Assembly (NCBI GenBank): GCA_027003075.1
Contig: JALWYV010000020.1
Coordinates: 902 to 64,901, forward strand
Source: a candidate division WOR-3 bacterium
GTDB taxonomy: Bacteria; Hydrothermota; Hydrothermia; LBFQ01
Direction: 5' to 3'
DNA: 64,000 nt
Below are positions 59,531-64,000 of this stretch, one piece after another. How positions within the stretch are numbered: position 1 is the first letter of the stretch; every line of letters starts with the position of its first letter. The notes beneath the pieces were generated by a model. That model ran no database searches. It worked only from the letters and a program-made list of their open reading frames with translations, and was not told the origin of the DNA. The translations under genes were made by a program, and so were the position numbers.

Positions 59531-60081
59531 GTGAACTTGTCCACCGTGTAGTACCTGACCACCGTGCGGGGGTCGTCGTAAACCGAAGGATCAAGGCTGG
59601 CCTTGTACGCCAGCTCCGTAAGGAACCGTACCGGATCGGGTATCTTCTCCCAGACCTGAGGGAGGAACGTGGCCCTGCCCTGGGGATGCTCCAGAATTAT
59701 GCCCATATCCGGTCGGAGTTTCCTTACGAGATCCTCAAAGTTTTCATAGGGTAAGATCTTCGGTTCGGAGAGGACGCTCACCTCCACCTCCGTGTACGGC
59801 CACTCGTCCGGGTGGAGAGGGGGGAAACGGGGATCCCTGAAGGCCGCTGCTATGGCGTTGTAGTGTACGTCAAGGGCGAGGGGACGGTATGCCTCCACGC
59901 TACCTATACACCCCCTCAGCCTACCCCCCTGTGTCAGGGTAACGAAACTCGCCCCCTTCTCAAGGAGACGGGGAGGGAGGTCGGAGAGGTCCGGAGGGGT
60001 GAGATCCCCCCTGAAGGCCCGGGATATGGACGAGTGGGCTATGTCAAGGAGTACCCTCTTCTCCTCCCTGTTCAGGCGCAT
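59509..60081 (-). CDS. AMMECR1-domain protein
   Basis: LRGCIGS motif. Confidence 0.75.
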   Translation of the reverse strand: MRLNREEKRVLLDIAHSSISRAFRGDLTPPDLSDLPPRLLEKGASFVTLTQGGRLRGCIGSVEAYRPLALDVHYNAIAAAFRDPRFPPLHPDEWPYTEVEVSVLSEPKILPYENFEDLVRKLRPDMGIILEHPQGRATFLPQVWEKIPDPVRFLTELAYKASLDPSVYDDPRTVVRYYTVDKFTYRDLEE

Positions 60082-60135
60082 AACGAATTATAAACCTGAA
60101 CGATTTGTTAAACTTTCCCCCAGTTGCAAAGAGTC

Positions 60136-60351
60136 TTACTCTACGTCCTCCTCCACTCTGAAGGCTACCTGAAGGACGACCTGAAACTCGGATACCTTCC
60201 CGTCCCTTATCGCCCCCCGCAGTTCTTTCACCTCAAACCACAGGAGGTGCTTCAGCGTCTTCGCCGCCCTTTCAACGGCCACCTTTATGGCGTCTTCAAA
60301 GGACTCCGTACTCGTCCCTACGAGTTCTATCTTCTTGTAAACCCTGCTCAT
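60136..60351 (-). CDS. Dodecin-family flavin-binding protein
   Basis: 71 aa; IELVGTSTESFEDAI...WFEV...QVVLQVAFRVE. Confidence 0.65.
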   Translation of the reverse strand: MSRVYKKIELVGTSTESFEDAIKVAVERAAKTLKHLLWFEVKELRGAIRDGKVSEFQVVLQVAFRVEEDVE

Positions 60352-60435
60352 ACCACGGGTATTTTAAACCTGAGAACGGCGGAACCGCCCGAAAATTTCC
60401 CAATCAAACGTAAAACGGGGGTATAATTCCCGGTT

Positions 60436-60726
60436 ATGCGAGAGTACGAAGTGGCTCTTGTGCTGAGCCCCCAGCAGAGCGACGAGGAACAGGCTGGGTC
60501 CATAGAGAAGGTCAAGGCCTTCATAACGGAGAACGGTGGGGAGATAATCGGCGAGGAGGACTGGGGAGTCCGGGAGCTCGCCTACCCCATCAAGAAACAG
60601 ACGCACGGAAGGTACTACTTCATACAGTTCAAGGCCAGTCCTCAGGTGGCGTACGACCTCAACACCCATCTGAGGCTCATGCGTACCTTCCTCAGGTACA
60701 TGGTCGTTCGGAGGGACGAAGAATGA
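60436..60726 (+). CDS. rpsF: 30S ribosomal protein S6
   Basis: YEVALVL...HGRYYFIQF signature. Confidence 0.9.
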   Translation: MREYEVALVLSPQQSDEEQAGSIEKVKAFITENGGEIIGEEDWGVRELAYPIKKQTHGRYYFIQFKASPQVAYDLNTHLRLMRTFLRYMVVRRDEE

Positions 60727-61172
60727 GAGAGGAGCGCAGCATACGTTTACCAAACATAAACTTCGTTATACTGTCGGGGAGACTGGTCTCCGACGCGGAG
60801 CTGAGGAATACGTCCGACGGCAGGAACTTCATAAAGTTCCGTCTGGCGTCGGATGCGCCTTACAGAAGTGGAGGGGAGTGGAAGAGTAACACCGTCTTCA
60901 TAGACGTTCTCTACTCCCTCGGCAGGAACGATCTTAACGAGAGTATATCCCAGAGGTTGCTCCGGGGTACGCCCGTGGTCGTGGAAGGGCGACTCCGTTA
61001 CAGGGAGTGGGAGGCGGAGGGCAGGAAGTTCAACACTTACGAGATAAGGGCGTACAGGGTGCAGATTCTTGAGAGGTCCGGAGCGCCTAAGGAAGAGGGG
61101 ATAGACCTGTCCCGTTACGAGCCACCTTCGGAGGAGGATCTCGGCCTGCCTCCGGAGGAGATGCCCTTTTAA
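60723..61172 (+). CDS. ssb: Single-stranded DNA-binding protein
   Basis: OB fold, acidic tail ending EEMPF; position between rpsF and rpsR. Confidence 0.8.
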   Translation: MREERSIRLPNINFVILSGRLVSDAELRNTSDGRNFIKFRLASDAPYRSGGEWKSNTVFIDVLYSLGRNDLNESISQRLLRGTPVVVEGRLRYREWEAEGRKFNTYEIRAYRVQILERSGAPKEEGIDLSRYEPPSEEDLGLPPEEMPF

Positions 61173-61186
61173 AAAGGAGGTGAAAG

Positions 61187-61381
61187 ATGGCGAAGAAGAA
61201 AGGGAAGACCTTTGATTACAAGGACGTGGAGACTCTAAAGCGGTACATATCCCCTACGGGTAAGATCCTTCCCCGCAGGTACACCCGTCTCACGGCAAAG
61301 GAGCAGCGCCGTCTGGCCCGTGCCATAAAGCGCGCCCGCATGCTGGCTCTCCTGCCCTTCATAAAGGAGTACATAGTATGA
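61187..61381 (+). CDS. rpsR: 30S ribosomal protein S18
   Basis: Full-length S18. Confidence 0.9.
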   Translation: MAKKKGKTFDYKDVETLKRYISPTGKILPRRYTRLTAKEQRRLARAIKRARMLALLPFIKEYIV

Positions 61382-61833
61382 AGCAGGTAAACGTTCTTCT
61401 CGTTAAGGACGTTCCCAAGCTCGGGAAGGCGGGCGACATAGTAAAGGTCCGCTGGGGATACGCAAAGAACTACCTCATACCCAAAGGGTTCGCCTTAGAG
61501 GCCACGCCGTCGGTGATAAAGCAGTGGGAGAACCAGAGGAAGATGAAGGAACTCTCCCTGAAGCGGAAGAAGGGTAAGATGGAACAGGTGGCGAAGAAGC
61601 TCTCCGGGGAGAGGCTCCTATTCGTCCTCAAGACCAACGAGGAGGGCAAGCCCTTCGGTTCCGTCTCCGCTAAGGACATAACCGATAAGCTCAGGGAGAT
61701 GGGGTACGACGTGGACAAGGCCCAGGTCCTCCTGGAGGAGGGTATAACCGAGTTCGGAACCCACGAAGTGGAGATAAAGCTCCACCCGGAGGTGATCGCT
61801 AAGATCAAGGTTAAGGTTGAACCTGAGGAGTAA
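61378..61833 (+). CDS. rplI: 50S ribosomal protein L9
   Basis: Full-length L9. Confidence 0.9.
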   Translation: MKQVNVLLVKDVPKLGKAGDIVKVRWGYAKNYLIPKGFALEATPSVIKQWENQRKMKELSLKRKKGKMEQVAKKLSGERLLFVLKTNEEGKPFGSVSAKDITDKLREMGYDVDKAQVLLEEGITEFGTHEVEIKLHPEVIAKIKVKVEPEE

Positions 61834-62300
61834 TGAGTAACCTCGTAGAGCTTGAGGTCAAGAACGTCGCCCTCGTACGGACCGAGGGCGGTATGGGGAT
61901 GGCGGTCATCCTTCAGGAGAAGGATGGCAGTCGCCATCTTCCGATAATCGTGGGGCCGTTTGAGGGAAAGGCTATCAGCATGGCCCTGACGGGTGAGACC
62001 TTCAGTCGTCCCCTCACTCACGATCTCCTCCACAACGTCATAGAGACGCTCGGGGCCCGCGTGGAGAAGGTGGTAATAAACGACCTCGTGGACGGCACCT
62101 TCTACGCCCGCCTTATCCTCAACCACGAGGGCAAAACCTACAGCATTGACGCCCGTCCCTCCGATGCCATAGCCGTGGCTCTCAGGGCCGGTGCTCCGAT
62201 ATTTGCGAGTTCCACCGTAATGGATAGTGCCTCCGAGTACCTTCCCGATCTCGGGGAAGAGGAGGAAGGCTGGGAGGGGGGTGGGGAGCTCGGAGGGTAG
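61833..62300 (+). CDS. Bifunctional nuclease (BFN/DUF151) family protein
   Basis: LPIIVGPFEGKAI...RPLTHDLL...DARPSDAIAVALR. Confidence 0.7.
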   Translation: MSNLVELEVKNVALVRTEGGMGMAVILQEKDGSRHLPIIVGPFEGKAISMALTGETFSRPLTHDLLHNVIETLGARVEKVVINDLVDGTFYARLILNHEGKTYSIDARPSDAIAVALRAGAPIFASSTVMDSASEYLPDLGEEEEGWEGGGELGG

Positions 62301-62301
62301 A

Positions 62302-62760
62302 ATGTTATTCCTCCTGGTCCTGCCCCCCAGCGACCTTGAAATACTTTACGCTGCCGTAGATTCCGCGTGTAAGGGTAAATGTACCCTATCGGTAAACACT
62401 TACTTCAGCGGAGCGAACGTTCCAAAGGCGATGTACGAGTACCTACGCTTAAAGTACACCGATACCACCCTTACGTGCACGACCAGAGTTAACGTGGTAG
62501 ATGCCCGTGTAGTGTATAAGAAAACCTTCTGGAACGTGAAGCGAACGGCTTCATTCCGGGCTATCGTTTCCGGGTGTGGATTTAACGGTGAGGTTTCCGG
62601 CACCTACGAGGACCACGTCTCCACGTCCGACATTAACGCCGTTCGGGTACCGGGCATATCCCCTTCGGAGACCCCAACCGGTGGACCCATGGAGATCTTG
62701 GTTTCCGCGGCGGTCGTCTTCGGTATCCTTTACGCTTTCTACACCATAGAGGGAAGATGA
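62302..62760 (+). CDS. Hypothetical exported protein with C-terminal TM anchor (start trimmed)
   Basis: MLFLLVLPP signal-like N-terminus; hydrophobic C-terminus. Confidence 0.4.
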   Translation: MLFLLVLPPSDLEILYAAVDSACKGKCTLSVNTYFSGANVPKAMYEYLRLKYTDTTLTCTTRVNVVDARVVYKKTFWNVKRTASFRAIVSGCGFNGEVSGTYEDHVSTSDINAVRVPGISPSETPTGGPMEILVSAAVVFGILYAFYTIEGR

Positions 62761-62763
62761 GCC

Positions 62764-63045
62764 ATGATCTTCAAATATACGGCGAAGATAACCCTATCCG
62801 TGGAGGGGGACTACGTCCTTGAAATACCCGCCATAAGGGGGTTACGCGTAAAGAGCGTGAGCCTCCCGGAGGCGATACAGAAGGGGGAGGTGGAGCTTCG
62901 CCGTTACCTTGAGGAGCAGTTGAGGTACGGAGAGTTCATACCGGAGGATATATCCGAGATACGGATAAGGACGGACGATATAAGCGAAGTCATCATCCTG
63001 AAACTCGTCGTCATGATAGACGAGGACGGCTTTATAAAGGCATGA
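62764..63045 (+). CDS. HicB-like/UPF0150-family small protein
   Basis: YTAKITLSVEGDYVLEIPAIRGL...LPEAIQKGEVELRRYLEE resembles the HicB N-terminal domain. Confidence 0.5.
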   Translation: MIFKYTAKITLSVEGDYVLEIPAIRGLRVKSVSLPEAIQKGEVELRRYLEEQLRYGEFIPEDISEIRIRTDDISEVIILKLVVMIDEDGFIKA

Positions 63046-64000
63046 GGTTCCTCTTACTCGGAGACGCGTCCTCCTACCACACCCACAGGTGGGCCGAATC
63101 TATAGGCGGGGAGGGACACGACGTCCACATCGTCTCTCTGGAGCCTCCCATAAGGGGAAACGTCGTCCCGTTTCGTCCTCCCCCCGTGGGGAAGTTCAAG
63201 TACGTAGCGTCCGTTCCGGGCATAAGGAAACTGGCCAGAGGTCTGGAACCTGACGTGATCTTCGCCCATTTCCTTCCCAACTACGGACTTATCGGGACGT
63301 TTTTGGGAGCGAGGGTGAAGGTACTGGCCCTGTGGGGTTCCGACATACTGCACTGGGCGTTCAAGACCCCCCTTCACAGGGTTCTGGCGGGAAGGATACT
63401 GAGGGGGTACGACCTTATAGTGGTTGACGCGAACTTTGTGGTAGACGTTCTGAAGAGGAACTTCAACGTACCTCCCGAAAGGGTGAGGGTCATACCCTTC
63501 GGCGTACCGAAGGAGGTGAGAGACCTGGGCCTTCGGGATCTACCTGAGGAGCCTCTACACTTCGTCTCCATGAGGAGGCACGAACCTCTGTTCAACCATA
63601 CGGAGATCCTGAAGTTCCTGAGTATGCTTAAGAACGATTACCCCATAAGGGTAACGTACCTCCAGAGTGGTAGTCTGTCGCGCGAGATAGAGAGGTACGC
63701 CAGAGATATGGGGCTTGACGTCCGTTTTACGGGAAGGATAGGTTACTCCGAGTACCTTGAGGTGTTGAGAGCCGCCCACTTCTGCATATCCGTACCGGAC
63801 AGGGATACCTCATCGGTCTCCCTCCTTGAGTGTATGGCCCTGGGTGGGGTTCCGATCGTCTCGGACATACCGGCCAACCGGGAATGGGTGGATGAAGAGA
63901 GGGGGATCCTGACCCCACCGGATGCCGATGAGATGTACGCCCGGTTTAAGGAAAGGTTCAATTTCCGATGGTGGAAGCGGGCGAGGGAGGCGAACCGTTC
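63042..64000 (+). CDS. GT4-family (group 1) glycosyltransferase, 3' partial
   Basis: MRFLLLGDASSYHTHRWAESIGGEGHDVHIVSL... open frame with no stop in window (so absent from the ORF track); ATG overlaps preceding stop. Confidence 0.7.
   Translation, partial: MRFLLLGDASSYHTHRWAESIGGEGHDVHIVSLEPPIRGNVVPFRPPPVGKFKYVASVPGIRKLARGLEPDVIFAHFLPNYGLIGTFLGARVKVLALWGSDILHWAFKTPLHRVLAGRILRGYDLIVVDANFVVDVLKRNFNVPPERVRVIPFGVPKEVRDLGLRDLPEEPLHFVSMRRHEPLFNHTEILKFLSMLKNDYPIRVTYLQSGSLSREIERYARDMGLDVRFTGRIGYSEYLEVLRAAHFCISVPDRDTSSVSLLECMALGGVPIVSDIPANREWVDEERGILTPPDADEMYARFKERFNFRWWKRAREANR

Noticed and set aside
1-64000. CRISPR arrays, integrases, transposases, reverse transcriptases (retron/DGR/group II intron)
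   Set aside because: Looked for short regularly spaced repeats and for recombinase/RT-like ORFs near the tRNA/tmRNA and the low-GC islands; none found

Overview
This is a GC-rich (about 55-60%) chromosomal window from a thermophile-like bacterium that uses a type IX secretion system (T9SS). Seven full-length secreted proteins end in T9SS C-terminal sorting domains (CTDs), and there are two detached CTD tails. Most of the window is housekeeping: V-type ATPase B (5' partial), tRNA-Arg(CCT) and tmRNA, folE, rlmB, a TlpA-secF-secD-TetR block, adk-secY-rplO, pckA, PBP2, gmhA, ruvB, ald, korA, guaA, and the rpsF-ssb-rpsR-rplI cluster. Two sharply AT-rich single-gene insertions (about 30-37% GC) stand out. 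The first is a TIR-domain protein with a C-terminal tandem winged-helix-like extension at 15.1-16.2 kb. This is the best candidate for an uncharacterised defence or NADase module. The second is a low-GC RmuC homologue at 20.3-21.3 kb. Other notable points are three tandem Uma2 nuclease-family paralogues, and a duplicated cassette at 46.3-48.0 kb whose detached CTD tails recur exactly 1000 nt apart. Further items are a roughly 110-nt polypyrimidine tract and an alpha/beta-hydrolase-FAH-HprK-like operon. No CRISPR array, integrase, transposase or reverse transcriptase was seen.
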